Virus record (IMG/VR): IMGVR_UViG_3300025632_000018
Location: 1-56,980 of that record
Origin: a virus
Strand: one strand, 5' to 3'
DNA: 56,980 nucleotides
Position numbers and translations under genes: made by a program. Under the pieces are notes generated by a model. That model searched no databases and was not told where the DNA came from. It was given only the letters and a program-made list of their open reading frames with translations. How positions within the stretch are numbered: position 1 is the stretch's first letter; each line of letters begins with the position of its first letter. Positions 27,521 to 38,109 of this stretch are shown here, piece after piece.

Positions 27521-27692
27521 TAGGAACTTGAGACGTTCCAACCAAGGTGCTCATCGGTTCGGATATACCGAAACCCTGTAAGTGAGGATAAACCCCCTTG
27601 GATATTCACAACGGAAATTGTGTCTTACTCCATTATAAACTGTCAGTATACTGGGTGTAATGCCCACATAGCATACGGATAAGTGTAATGCC
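27521..27692 (+). ncRNA. Multi-stem structured RNA, probably the manA RNA motif
   Basis: Stems GGAAC/GTTCC, CCAAGG/CCTTGG, TCGGT/ACCGA, CACAA/TTGTG, GGG/CCC. tRNA-adjacent location is known for cyanophage manA RNAs. Confidence 0.5.
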
Positions 27693-27694
27693 TT

Positions 27695-27779
27695 GCGAGT
27701 ATGGCGGAATCGGTAGACGCACCAGACTTAAAATCTGTTGAGCATTGTGCTCGTGGGAGTTCAAGTCTCCCTACTCGCA
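27695..27779 (+). tRNA. tRNA-Leu(UAA)
   Basis: GCGAGTA/TACTCGC, CT TAA AA loop, long variable arm GAGCA-TTG-TGCTC. Confidence 0.92.
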
Positions 27780-27874
27780 CTCAGGGGAAGGAGTTAGCCC
27801 CACTATATGTAAAGTCACTCTGCGAGAAATGAAGATTATATGATAGGGTTTTCTTTTGGTGAGTGACTAACATG

Positions 27875-27904
27875 AGGTTCCTGGTGGTGCGGGAACCTTT
27901 TTTT
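27875..27904 (+). terminator. Intrinsic terminator of the RNA array
   Basis: AGGTTCC...GGAACCT followed by a T-run. Confidence 0.8.
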
Positions 27905-27937
27905 ATGAAAATAAATAAAAGAAAGAATAATATTATT

Positions 27938-28246
27938 ATGTCTTATACAGTAACCACAAAGAATTGTTGGTATAATGACTATAGGATGATAGTCAAGATG
28001 TTCTTCTTAAATGATGTTCCATTTACATTTGATGATTTGCCTGTGGGTTATTTTTATGATCGAGAAATAATAGAAGAAGCAGATAACAATAAAGAATATT
28101 CTGTAGAAGATATTTACAAAGGATCTAATTATTTGATTATGGAACAGTGTCATCCTTGCTTTGATGATATTGAGATATTAAATCCAGAGAACTTACCAGA
28201 AGAAATACAAAGTTTCTATAATGGAGAAGAGGATTTACTGAGATAA
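27938..28246 (+). CDS. Conserved hypothetical protein
   Basis: ATG 27938 lies after the terminator and a late-promoter-like ATAAATA. Confidence 0.7.
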   Translation: MSYTVTTKNCWYNDYRMIVKMFFLNDVPFTFDDLPVGYFYDREIIEEADNNKEYSVEDIYKGSNYLIMEQCHPCFDDIEILNPENLPEEIQSFYNGEEDLLR

Positions 28247-28281
28247 ATAAAATATAGAAATGTCCTAGAAATCGTAATAAG

Positions 28282-31200
28282 ATGCCACTCAATAAGCTTG
28301 ACAATTTCATTAAGAATACTGAAGGTCGTATACTATATGTAAGTCCATCAGATTTAGACTCGACTGATAGTATTGATAATCAAGGTAATTCACTTGCTCG
28401 TCCATTTAAAACAATTCAAAGAGCAATTATAGAATCGGCAAGATTTTCATATGTCAAAGGAAGTAACAATGATTTAATTGAAAAAACCACCATCCTCTTA
28501 ATGCCTGGTGAGCACGTAGTTGATAATAGACCGGGATTTTATATTAAGAATGTGAGTGGAGCATCTCAAGTTGTTTCTCCTGGAGGAGCATCAAGTGCAG
28601 CACAAACAACATTAGATTTAGATCTTGCTAGTAATTTTGATTTAACTCAAGAAGATAATATTCTTCATAAGTTTAATAGTGTTAATGGTGGAGTAATTGT
28701 TCCTCGTGGAACTTCAATTGTTGGTCTTGATTTAAGAAAGACCAAAGTGCGCCCACTTTATGTTCCCAATCCAACTGATGTTAATGTACCAAATTCTGCT
28801 ATTTTCAGAATTACTGGTACTTGTTATTTCTGGCAGTTCTCTTTCTTTGATGGAAATGAATCCGGAACTGTTTATACTGACTCAACAAACTTTTCTGTAA
28901 ATAATAAATCAAAACCAATTTTTTCTCACCATAAACTAACTTGTTTTGAGTATGCTGATGGTGTTAATCAAGTAACTGGTTATGATTTAACTGATCTTGA
29001 TATGTATTATGCGAAACTTTCAAACGCATATAACACATCATCAGGAAGTCCAGATAGAAATATTGATAGTAAGTATCCTCAGGATCCTGATGGATTTGCA
29101 AAACAAAGACCTGAATGGGAGATTGTTGGAGCATTTGCATCAGATCCAATTTCAATTTCTGCAATCGAAGCAGGATCTGGTGGAACACCGAATAATCAGG
29201 TTACAGTAACAACAACAGTAGATCATGGTCTTACTGTAGGAACACCAATTAAGATTAATGGTGTCTCGCCAACAGATTATAATATTTCAACAAAAGTTCA
29301 AAGTGTTGATTCATCTAATGCAAGAATTTTTACTTATCTTCTTCCAACATTTAGAAAGAATCTTCCAACACCAGGAACTGCATCTGGAGCATCAGTAACA
29401 ATTGAAACTGATACTGTATCTGGTGCATCCCCTTATATCTTTAACATCTCATTACGTTCTGTTTTTGGAATGAATGGAATGTTGGCAGATGGAAGCAAAG
29501 CATCTGGATTCCGTTCAATGGTTGTGGCTCAATTCACTGGAGTCAGTCTTCAAAAGGATGATCGTGCGTTTGTAAAGTATGATAAAACTTCTAGAGGATA
29601 TGCTGGAATTAATATAACCAAACAATCTGGTGCAGATTTATCGAATGGATCATCATCTACAAATCCAGATCAAGTATATCATTTAGATTCTAATGCTGTT
29701 TATCGTCAAGGATGGGAGCAAACTCACATTCGTATCACAAATGATGCAATTCTACAAATTGTTTCTGTTTTTGCGATTGGATATAACAAACACTTCTCTA
29801 TTGAAAGTGGTGGAGATGCATCTATTACTAACTCAAACTCTAACTTTGGACAATTGTCTTTGATTGCAGATGGATTTAAAAAAGAAGCATTTGCTAAAGA
29901 TAATAAGGCATTTATTACAAATATTATCCCTCCAAGATCAACAAATGAAGCAGAAGAAAGTATTGATTGGTTAAGTATTGATGTTGGAGTTACCACTGCA
30001 GTTGGAGTTTCAACTCACCTATATCTTCGTGGATTTGAGTCGGAAGATAGTATTCCACCAGTTTTGACTCAAGGATACCGTATTGGTGCAAAAGTAAATG
30101 ATAAGTTATTTGTAAATGTTGGTTCAGGAACCAGTGAAGCAAACATTTATATGCAGGATGGATTAACATCATCCACTAAAGAATTTAATGTTACTGCCAG
30201 TGCAGATAGCAAGTTGACTATTGGTTTAAATAATGGATTACAAACTGGAGAAAAAATCATTCTTCTGAGTTCTTCTGCCGATTATCCAGAAAATATTGAT
30301 GCACATAAACCATACTATGTAATTTCCCTTTCTGATGCGACAGATGTTGCTGATAGACCTAAAATTCAATTAGCATCAACAAAAACAGATGCTGATAATA
30401 AAAATTTCATTATTTTTTATGGGGGCACTGACCTTAGAGTTGTAAGCAGAATTACTGATAAATCTGCCGGTGATGCTGGTAGTCCGGTTCAATTTGATTC
30501 TACACAAAATCGTTGGTATATTACGGTAAACACTACGAATGGAATTTATTCCACTTTAAACACTTTAGGTGTTGCAGGTATTGGTGCAGAAACTAATCCT
30601 ACATTTATTAAGAGAGCACCAGACAATAGAAGTTTGGATGAAAAGATTTATAAGTTCAGAGTTGTTATTCCAAAAGAACTTATAAATGCAAAAACACCAG
30701 AATCTGGATTTATTATTCAAGAATCCAGCACAACCGGTGTCAGGGAAAATACAGACTTTACTTTATCAACAATTGGTTTAAATGATTTTGAATATAATAG
30801 AAATCCAAGATTTATTTCGGCATGTTCTCATAGCACAAATACTTCAACTGTAATTACAGAACTTCAACATAATCTTGATGTTGGGGATCAAATTATTATC
30901 ACTAATGTAACAGATACTAATAACACTGTTGGTTCTGCGACTAGTGGATATAATGGAACATTTACTGTTGCAACAGTAAGCGCAGACAATATGTCATTTA
31001 CATATTCAAATACAACTGGAAATCCTGGATTATTCAATAACAACACAAGCACCAGAAATCTAAGTCTTCCAAGATTTCAAAGAAATGATTTGCAGAGTAA
31101 CTTCTATGTTTATCGTAATGAAGTAATTAATGAATATGTTGAAAATCAACAAGATGGTGTTTATCACATATATGCACTCAAAGCAGACAATAAAATTTCT

Positions 31201-33531
31201 GCAGAATTTACAGAATTGGAGTATGGTCAAAATGTTACTAATTTATATCCTCAAACTGATAGAGACAATGTAAATGATAATCCAGGATCAACTAAGTCAA
31301 GAGCACTTTCTTTTCCAATTGGTGATGTTAATACAAGTGATTTAAAAGGAAGTATCACCAGAGAATCTGCAGATTCTTTCATGACAAAACTTGGTGGCGG
31401 TCTTATTGTAGATTCTGTTTCACCAGATAGTGGTGGTATTTCAACTATAACATTTACTAGAAATCATAAATTTGCCGGTATTTCTACTGCGACACTTACT
31501 AGTGCAGGATCAGGAACAAGAACTAATGGGACATATTATAATGTAAAACTTTACAATGAAAATACATATTCAACTTGGAATGGTGCCACTGCACAAGTTG
31601 TCGTATCTGGTAATACTATTAATAGTTTCCATATTCAAGCACCTGGATCCGGATATTCTAATTCAGATACACTTTTCTTTGACAATGCTTCAATAGGTGG
31701 AAATCAGGATGGTTCTGTTACGGTATCAAATTCTGGTATCTCAACAAATGTTGGGGATGTAGTTCAGATTACTGGTATTGCAACAATTTCTGATGCATAT
31801 TACAGAATTACTAATGTTCCAGGTGCAAATAAAATTGCAATTGCTAAAACTTCTGGTGATCCCTCTACTTTCCAAGGAAGCATTCTTCTTTCCAGTGGAC
31901 CTTCAATTTCAGTAAGTTCTTCTACATTCCTAAGTGGTATTACAACCTTTACGTGTTCATCTGCACATGGATTGATTTCTGGTAATAAGTTTAGAGTAAT
32001 TGATGCAAGTAGTAATAATCTTGGGGATTATCTCGTAAAATCTAAAGTAAATTTGAATACATTTACTGCAGAAACTACTACAGCACTAACAAGTCCAGCA
32101 TTTCTATTAAAACATAATTTTTCATCTAATTCAGGTGTATCAGATTCAAGTTCAGAAAATCTTGCAGGTAGGCAAAATACCTTCTATAGTGGAGATACTT
32201 TCGTTATCAATAATGGTGGAAATACTATAGGAATCAATACTACTTTAATTCCTCTTTCCCATCCAAAATCTGGAGTATCTGCTGGTGTTGGACTTACTGA
32301 AAGATTGCCAATAGGATCTTATATTCAAATTGATGATGAGATTATGAGAGTCGCATCAACATCGATTACGGGTTCAGATAAACTGACCGTTCTTCGTGGT
32401 GTTTTCTCATCAAATGTTGGAATACATTCCGATACTTCATTAGTCAAAAAAATTAATGTAATTCCTGTTGAGTTCCGCAGACCATCAATTATTCGTGCAT
32501 CGGGACATACGTTTGAGTATCTTGGATATGGTCCAGGTAACTATTCAACTGGTCTTCCACAAGTTCAAACAAGAACTCTGACAGAAAAAGAAGAGTTCTT
32601 AACACAATCTCAAGAAAGATCTGCTGGTATTGTTGTTTATACTGGTATGAACAACAGAGGTGACTTCTATATTGGTAATACCAAGAAATCTTCTTCGACT
32701 GGTGAGGAAACTTCATTTGATACTCCAATTCCGACAGTTACTGGAGAAGATCCCGCAAGATTGAGTGCAATCTTTGACGAAATTACTGTTAAGGAAAGAA
32801 TTGTTGTTGAAGGTGGAGATTCACGTCAAATTCTTTCACAGTTTGATGGACCTGTTACCTTTGGTGGTGAAGTAAGAATTAAAAATACACTAGCACTTAT
32901 TGGTAAATTAAGAATACTTAATACTACAAATAGTACCGGTATTGGAAATGGTTCTGTTGTGATTGATGGTGGTGTTAGTATTGCTAAAAATCTTTTTGTT
33001 GGTGGCAATACAAACATTACAGGAGATTTTGATGTAACTGGAAACACTACTTTTTCAACTATAGTAGCAGCAGGTGCAACATTTGGCAATATTCAAATTG
33101 CCCAGACTGATGATAATACTATTGATACTTCATCTGGTGATTTTAAAATAAGTTCTATTGTAGGATCACTTGTTGCAATTCAAACAAATACCACAATTAC
33201 TGGTATTTTGAGTGTAACTGACGATATTACAGCATTCTGGTCCTCCGATGAAAGATTAAAGGATAATATTACTCCAATCCATGATCCTCTATCAAAAGTC
33301 ATTTCAATCAGTGGTAATACATTTGATTGGAATGATAAGTCTAATAAGTCGGGAAATGATGTTGGATTGATTGCACAAGAGATTGAAAAAGTTCTCCCAG
33401 AAGCAGTTACAACAAGAGACAATGGATACCTTGCAGTTGATTACCATAAGGTTGTTCCTCTGCTTGTAGAGGCAATTAAAGAACTCTCTGGTAAGGTCGA
33501 TGCACTTGAACAAAAATTACAGGATAAATAA
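28282..33531 (+). CDS. Long tail-fibre/structural protein with C-terminal S74 chaperone
   Basis: MPLNKLDNFIKN..GRILYV, GNSLARPFKTIQRA, repeated T..HGL..G motifs, SDERLKDNITPI. Confidence 0.75.
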   Translation: MPLNKLDNFIKNTEGRILYVSPSDLDSTDSIDNQGNSLARPFKTIQRAIIESARFSYVKGSNNDLIEKTTILLMPGEHVVDNRPGFYIKNVSGASQVVSPGGASSAAQTTLDLDLASNFDLTQEDNILHKFNSVNGGVIVPRGTSIVGLDLRKTKVRPLYVPNPTDVNVPNSAIFRITGTCYFWQFSFFDGNESGTVYTDSTNFSVNNKSKPIFSHHKLTCFEYADGVNQVTGYDLTDLDMYYAKLSNAYNTSSGSPDRNIDSKYPQDPDGFAKQRPEWEIVGAFASDPISISAIEAGSGGTPNNQVTVTTTVDHGLTVGTPIKINGVSPTDYNISTKVQSVDSSNARIFTYLLPTFRKNLPTPGTASGASVTIETDTVSGASPYIFNISLRSVFGMNGMLADGSKASGFRSMVVAQFTGVSLQKDDRAFVKYDKTSRGYAGINITKQSGADLSNGSSSTNPDQVYHLDSNAVYRQGWEQTHIRITNDAILQIVSVFAIGYNKHFSIESGGDASITNSNSNFGQLSLIADGFKKEAFAKDNKAFITNIIPPRSTNEAEESIDWLSIDVGVTTAVGVSTHLYLRGFESEDSIPPVLTQGYRIGAKVNDKLFVNVGSGTSEANIYMQDGLTSSTKEFNVTASADSKLTIGLNNGLQTGEKIILLSSSADYPENIDAHKPYYVISLSDATDVADRPKIQLASTKTDADNKNFIIFYGGTDLRVVSRITDKSAGDAGSPVQFDSTQNRWYITVNTTNGIYSTLNTLGVAGIGAETNPTFIKRAPDNRSLDEKIYKFRVVIPKELINAKTPESGFIIQESSTTGVRENTDFTLSTIGLNDFEYNRNPRFISACSHSTNTSTVITELQHNLDVGDQIIITNVTDTNNTVGSATSGYNGTFTVATVSADNMSFTYSNTTGNPGLFNNNTSTRNLSLPRFQRNDLQSNFYVYRNEVINEYVENQQDGVYHIYALKADNKISAEFTELEYGQNVTNLYPQTDRDNVNDNPGSTKSRALSFPIGDVNTSDLKGSITRESADSFMTKLGGGLIVDSVSPDSGGISTITFTRNHKFAGISTATLTSAGSGTRTNGTYYNVKLYNENTYSTWNGATAQVVVSGNTINSFHIQAPGSGYSNSDTLFFDNASIGGNQDGSVTVSNSGISTNVGDVVQITGIATISDAYYRITNVPGANKIAIAKTSGDPSTFQGSILLSSGPSISVSSSTFLSGITTFTCSSAHGLISGNKFRVIDASSNNLGDYLVKSKVNLNTFTAETTTALTSPAFLLKHNFSSNSGVSDSSSENLAGRQNTFYSGDTFVINNGGNTIGINTTLIPLSHPKSGVSAGVGLTERLPIGSYIQIDDEIMRVASTSITGSDKLTVLRGVFSSNVGIHSDTSLVKKINVIPVEFRRPSIIRASGHTFEYLGYGPGNYSTGLPQVQTRTLTEKEEFLTQSQERSAGIVVYTGMNNRGDFYIGNTKKSSSTGEETSFDTPIPTVTGEDPARLSAIFDEITVKERIVVEGGDSRQILSQFDGPVTFGGEVRIKNTLALIGKLRILNTTNSTGIGNGSVVIDGGVSIAKNLFVGGNTNITGDFDVTGNTTFSTIVAAGATFGNIQIAQTDDNTIDTSSGDFKISSIVGSLVAIQTNTTITGILSVTDDITAFWSSDERLKDNITPIHDPLSKVISISGNTFDWNDKSNKSGNDVGLIAQEIEKVLPEAVTTRDNGYLAVDYHKVVPLLVEAIKELSGKVDALEQKLQDK

Positions 33532-33548
33532 CTCTAAAGCTTATAATA

Positions 33549-35789
33549 ATGGCAAATATTAGGAAGTCATTTAATTTTAGGAATGGTGTTCAGGTTGATA
33601 ATGATAATTTCATTGTAAATTCGAATGGTCTGGTGGGGATTGGAACATCTATCCCTACTGAATCTCTCGATTTGATTGGAAATGCAAAAATTACTGGATT
33701 TACAACAACAATAACCTTAGGAGTTGCACAGACTGCAAACTTTTATAATGATCTAAAAGTGGGACCAGTCAATATAGATCCTAGTAGTGGAGTAATCACA
33801 GCAACAAAATTTGTTGGAGATGCCTCCGGTCTTCAAAATATTTTCGCAATTTCAACAACTGGTTGGATTTCACAAGGAGTAGGATTACATACATTTAGAT
33901 CGATTGGTATTGGAACCACAAATCCAGTATATAATTTACAAATAGGAGGAGACCCTGCCACAGCAACTGGTGCGGGTTTTGATGGTGGAAATATTCTTGC
34001 AAGTGGTATAGTTACTGCAACTAGTTTTGTTGGAAATTTAACAGGTAATGTAACTGGTAATGTAACTGGTGTAGCTGCATCTGCAACTAAACTTGAAACT
34101 GCGAGAGATTTTAATATCACTGGTGATTTAGAATCAAGCACTATATCTTTCGATGGAACAGGTAATGTTAGTTTACCATCTGAACTGTCATCTAGTTTCA
34201 GTGCAAATACAAGTGGTATTGTAACTGCGAGTAAGTTTGTTGGTCCTACAGAATCAACAACATCAACGATTACTACCGGAACAATTACCACAGGAACAAT
34301 CACGAATGCAAACATCACTAATGCTGATGTTGGTATTGGAACCTTTGATGATTTAAGAATCAATAAATCTGCTGCAGCAAGTCTTGTTGTTACGAGTACA
34401 ACAAACTCATCTGTAAGTATTGGTGAATCTGTAGGTGCAGGTAATAGTAGTGCCCAGTTACTCTATACACCAGGCACAGGACGTTTGGATATTAATAACT
34501 ACGATGTTGGTGGAGTCAGTATCAATCTTCATGAAGGGACTGGTACAGGCACAACAGAAAGTTTCAATGTCAACTATGACAATTCAACACAGTTTGAAGT
34601 CACTTATGATGGAAAAGTTGGTGTAAATCGTGGTGGTGCTGCATTAGAAAATAATTTAGAAGTTGGTGGTGATGCTCTTATTACTGGAAATTCTCAAATT
34701 GTAGGTATACTTACAGTCGGAACAGGTTCAGAACAAGTAACTCTTGGTGATGGTAGTCCTATACCAGTTTCAGATAGTCAAAATTTTAATACTTTAAGTG
34801 GAATTAGCACATTTAATAAGTTGAGTGTGCAAGATATTCAAGTTGGAGGAGGAATAACAGTATCTTCTGATGTTTATGTTGGAAATGACGTTGGTATAGG
34901 AACAACAACAAACGTTGGTTTTGCTACTGGAGGTATTAATCCAAAACTTCAAATATTTGGAGTAGCATATTCTACAGAAGGATTCATATCCAAGCAGACA
35001 CTTGGAATTACAACAAATATTGACGGATCTTTTCAATCAGATCCTAGAACAATTCCAAGTGATTTAGGTTCAACAATTCCATTCTTGTCTTATGGGGATT
35101 TCCAAGTTGATAGTGGTGCAGCAGGATTTATTTCATCTAATTTTCTAATAGTTCCTACAGTTGGAGTTGCTACCGTAGGATTTGGATCAACTAATCTTGG
35201 AATAATTTCAAAAAATCATATACCAGGTGGAAGTGAATCAGAATACTTATCATCAGTTGGTGTCAATACTTACTTTGCAAGGTCTGTATTTGATGTAGGA
35301 ACTGCTTCTACATCGATGAATAGTTATTTCATTCCTCCATCATTAACAGAAACTCAGATAAGTGTTGTTAGTAATTTATGGCAGAATCCATCTGGATTTG
35401 GGACAGTACTTTCAAGAAAAGTTACTCCAAATGGACTTGTTCCTGGAGGATTAGTATATAACTCCTCAAGAGATAACATCCAGATTAGAAATACTGCATC
35501 ATCATTTAGAAACTTAAGTCCTGTTGTTGCATTTGGAACTATTGTTAGTGGTGCAGTACCAACTCCTGCTGACGGATATAATTTGGATGCTCCAGCAAAC
35601 AGCACTAATGATGCAAACTTTAGTTTTAGCACTGCATTACAATCAGCAAACTATACGGTAATTGTTTCTAATACCGGAACATCAACATTTACTGTTCCTG
35701 AAGTGAATAAAACAACTGCTGGATTTAAAATTACTTTTAGTTCTAGTGCTAGCACCAAAAGTTACTCTGTAATGATACTTCAAGTATAA
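33549..35789 (+). CDS. Tail-fibre-like structural protein
   Basis: VGIGTSIP/IGIGTTNP repeats, GIVTATSF.G, ASATKLETAR. Confidence 0.75.
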   Translation: MANIRKSFNFRNGVQVDNDNFIVNSNGLVGIGTSIPTESLDLIGNAKITGFTTTITLGVAQTANFYNDLKVGPVNIDPSSGVITATKFVGDASGLQNIFAISTTGWISQGVGLHTFRSIGIGTTNPVYNLQIGGDPATATGAGFDGGNILASGIVTATSFVGNLTGNVTGNVTGVAASATKLETARDFNITGDLESSTISFDGTGNVSLPSELSSSFSANTSGIVTASKFVGPTESTTSTITTGTITTGTITNANITNADVGIGTFDDLRINKSAAASLVVTSTTNSSVSIGESVGAGNSSAQLLYTPGTGRLDINNYDVGGVSINLHEGTGTGTTESFNVNYDNSTQFEVTYDGKVGVNRGGAALENNLEVGGDALITGNSQIVGILTVGTGSEQVTLGDGSPIPVSDSQNFNTLSGISTFNKLSVQDIQVGGGITVSSDVYVGNDVGIGTTTNVGFATGGINPKLQIFGVAYSTEGFISKQTLGITTNIDGSFQSDPRTIPSDLGSTIPFLSYGDFQVDSGAAGFISSNFLIVPTVGVATVGFGSTNLGIISKNHIPGGSESEYLSSVGVNTYFARSVFDVGTASTSMNSYFIPPSLTETQISVVSNLWQNPSGFGTVLSRKVTPNGLVPGGLVYNSSRDNIQIRNTASSFRNLSPVVAFGTIVSGAVPTPADGYNLDAPANSTNDANFSFSTALQSANYTVIVSNTGTSTFTVPEVNKTTAGFKITFSSSASTKSYSVMILQV

Positions 35790-35793
35790 GGAC

Positions 35794-35822
35794 TTGACAA
35801 GACTCTAAAAACCATGTAGACT
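35794..35822 (+). promoter_or_regulatory. Sigma70-like promoter
   Basis: TTGACA-17 nt-TAGACT. Confidence 0.55.
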
Positions 35823-35864
35823 ACCTTTGTTAGGGTTGAAGAGGAAGCTATAAGACACTTTAAG

Positions 35865-35907
35865 AACCGTCTACCAGGTCGCACTGGGGACGGTTTTCTG
35901 CTATAAT
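35865..35907 (+). promoter_or_regulatory. Stem-loop plus extended -10 early promoter
   Basis: AACCGTC..CCAG-loop-CTGG..GACGGTT, then TGCTATAAT. Confidence 0.6.
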
Positions 35908-35930
35908 AAGAAGGTAATCGAGGGACACCT

Positions 35931-37124
35931 TTGACCATCACTCTCAGACCCCATCAACGCAAAGCACTGAATGAGATGCTGGCATATGACAAAGGTCAGT
36001 TGATCATCCCTACGGGTGGTGGTAAGACCTTGTGTATGATACATGATATTGTTGAGAATCAAAAGTATATTGATAATGGTTCTACTATTGTTGTTGTAGC
36101 ACCACGTATTCTGCTTGCAGAGCAACTTTGTAGTGAGTTTCTTGAGGTAATTGATACAACTCACACACATGTGATGCATGTTCATAGTGGTGAGACTTCA
36201 CACTTCTCCACAACAAAAGCAGAAAAGATCAATCTTTTTGTAAATACTGCTAGAACTGCTGGTGAGAATGTAGTAATCTTTACCACATATCACTCTCTAC
36301 ATCGTCTTGTAGAAGCAGATATCGAAGTCAACACGATTTACTTTGATGAAGCGCATAACTCAGTCCAACGTAACTTTTTCCCTGCTACGGAGCACTTTTC
36401 TGCTGATGCTGATCGGTGTTACTTCTTCACTGCTACTCCTAAGCATTCTCTCTCTATTTACAAGCCAGGGATGAATGATTATGAGGTCTACGGTAAAGTC
36501 ATCTGTAACATTCCTGCTCCTACATTAGTAGAGCAAGGATACATTCTGCCACCTAAGGTTGTTGTAAAGCAACTGGATATGGTTCAGGACAAGCAAATGA
36601 TTGCCGACCGTGATTGTCAGAATCTGATTGAGACAATTGATGAGAACTCACTGGATAAGATTCTGATTGCCGCACGTTCTACCAAACAGATTATCAAACT
36701 TCTGAGTCAATCTGATTTCCGTAATGAACTAGCAAAACGTGGTTATTCCTGTCTGTATATTACATCCAAGACTGGTGCAATCATTGATGGTCAGAAAGTC
36801 AATCGTGAGGTATTCTTTGATACTCTGAATGCATGGGGTAAAGATCCTAACAAAAAGTTTGTTGTTCTTCATCACTCTATTTTGTCTGAAGGTATCAACG
36901 TCAGTGGACTTGAGGCGGTGTTGTTCATGAGAAACATGGACTATATCGGTATTTCGCAAAGTATTGGACGTGTGATCCGTCTAGGAGGCACCCAGAAGAC
37001 CTTTGGACTGGTCTGTGTTCCAGTTTATGATAAAGTGGGCATCAGCACTGCTAAATCCGTTCAGGCAGTCGTTGACACCGTGTTTAAGCAGGGTCAACCT
37101 GCCATCTCTGTTATCCGTCGTTGA
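35931..37124 (+). CDS. SF2 DEAD/DEAH-like helicase
   Basis: LRPHQ, PTGGGKT, DEAH, FTATP, LSEGINV; TTG start after SD GAGGG. Confidence 0.9.
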   Translation: MTITLRPHQRKALNEMLAYDKGQLIIPTGGGKTLCMIHDIVENQKYIDNGSTIVVVAPRILLAEQLCSEFLEVIDTTHTHVMHVHSGETSHFSTTKAEKINLFVNTARTAGENVVIFTTYHSLHRLVEADIEVNTIYFDEAHNSVQRNFFPATEHFSADADRCYFFTATPKHSLSIYKPGMNDYEVYGKVICNIPAPTLVEQGYILPPKVVVKQLDMVQDKQMIADRDCQNLIETIDENSLDKILIAARSTKQIIKLLSQSDFRNELAKRGYSCLYITSKTGAIIDGQKVNREVFFDTLNAWGKDPNKKFVVLHHSILSEGINVSGLEAVLFMRNMDYIGISQSIGRVIRLGGTQKTFGLVCVPVYDKVGISTAKSVQAVVDTVFKQGQPAISVIRR

Positions 37125-37131
37125 GGTCATT

Positions 37132-37470
37132 ATGAACACTAGATATCTAAAACAAAAAGGAAGAATGTTTCAACAAAAAATCAGAGATCTCATCATTGAA
37201 TCTTTTGGTCTTCCACAAGAAGATGTAAAGTCTTGTAGTATGGGTGCTGGTGGTGTTGACATTCAATTATCATCTCATGCTAAAAGAGTTTTTCCATTCT
37301 CCATTGAATGTAAAAATGTAAAAGGTTTATCTGCACTATCAACTTATTATAAACAATCAGTTTTAAACTGTGTTAAAGAAACAATCCCTGTTCTTGTGTG
37401 TGAGATGCCAGATGGAAAACCTTTGGTTACAATGTCATTGGAAGATTTTTTCGAAGTTGTACGTCGTTGA
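37132..37470 (+). CDS. PD-(D/E)XK nuclease, Holliday-junction-resolvase-like
   Basis: KQKGRMFQQ, SMGAGGVDIQLS, FPFSIECKN. Confidence 0.65.
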   Translation: MNTRYLKQKGRMFQQKIRDLIIESFGLPQEDVKSCSMGAGGVDIQLSSHAKRVFPFSIECKNVKGLSALSTYYKQSVLNCVKETIPVLVCEMPDGKPLVTMSLEDFFEVVRR

Positions 37471-37512
37471 TATTGTGCTATAATATCCAGGTAATCTAAG
37501 ATTATTATTCAA

Positions 37513-37896
37513 ATGAATCCTTCAAAATACATTACATCCTCCATGCGAACTACCATTTACAATTCGGATGGAGAACATCTTAACAAATCCATTAAACATG
37601 GTGCAGTTTGTCAGGGAACTACTGGTCGAAAATTTAATAAAAATCAACGTGTCATTGTTGCAGATAAACGCAATGATGGTAATTATGATCTTGGATTTGG
37701 TGTTGCAACAGGAGAACAAATCGAAGTTGATGCTACTAAAATTTGGAAAAATTGGCAAGATCATCCCAATTCTGTGATTAATTGTGTTTCTTTTTTTGCA
37801 AAAGTAGAAAACGTTCCCAGACACATGGTTAATCCTACACAAACTGATATTCCTAATCATCTTCGGGAACCTTTGTGGACTCTTTCTGCCAATTAA
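37513..37896 (+). CDS. Hypothetical protein
   Basis: ORF with its own TGCTATAAT at 37476-37484. Confidence 0.65.
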   Translation: MNPSKYITSSMRTTIYNSDGEHLNKSIKHGAVCQGTTGRKFNKNQRVIVADKRNDGNYDLGFGVATGEQIEVDATKIWKNWQDHPNSVINCVSFFAKVENVPRHMVNPTQTDIPNHLREPLWTLSAN

Positions 37897-37899
37897 TAA

Positions 37900-37942
37900 A
37901 CTGGCACACTCTGCTTCCGACTTTGCCTCACTCTGCTATAAT
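37900..37942 (+). promoter_or_regulatory. Early promoter cassette
   Basis: ACTGGCAC motif and TGCTATAAT, followed by an AGGTAATCAAGGGA leader. Confidence 0.65.
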
Positions 37943-37968
37943 ACAAAGGTAATCAAGGGAACACCACC

Positions 37969-38109
37969 ATGAAATGCAAAGTTCAACTCTATGTTGCTGG
38001 CACCGTATTTGATGAAGTTGTTGTTGCACGGGACTATGAAGATGCAAAAAAAACTGCCCTTGCACGTAATCCTACAGCAACAATTGTGAGTGTCACTGCC
38101 GTTTTCTAA
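37969..38109 (+). CDS. Small early protein (46 aa)
   Basis: MKCKVQLYVAG...ALARNPTA; translated by hand. Confidence 0.65.
   Translation: MKCKVQLYVAGTVFDEVVVARDYEDAKKTALARNPTATIVSVTAVF

Noticed and set aside
27297-27779. tRNAs as prophage attachment site
   Set aside because: No integrase and no duplicated tRNA 3' end; the context is a continuous lytic myovirus genome.
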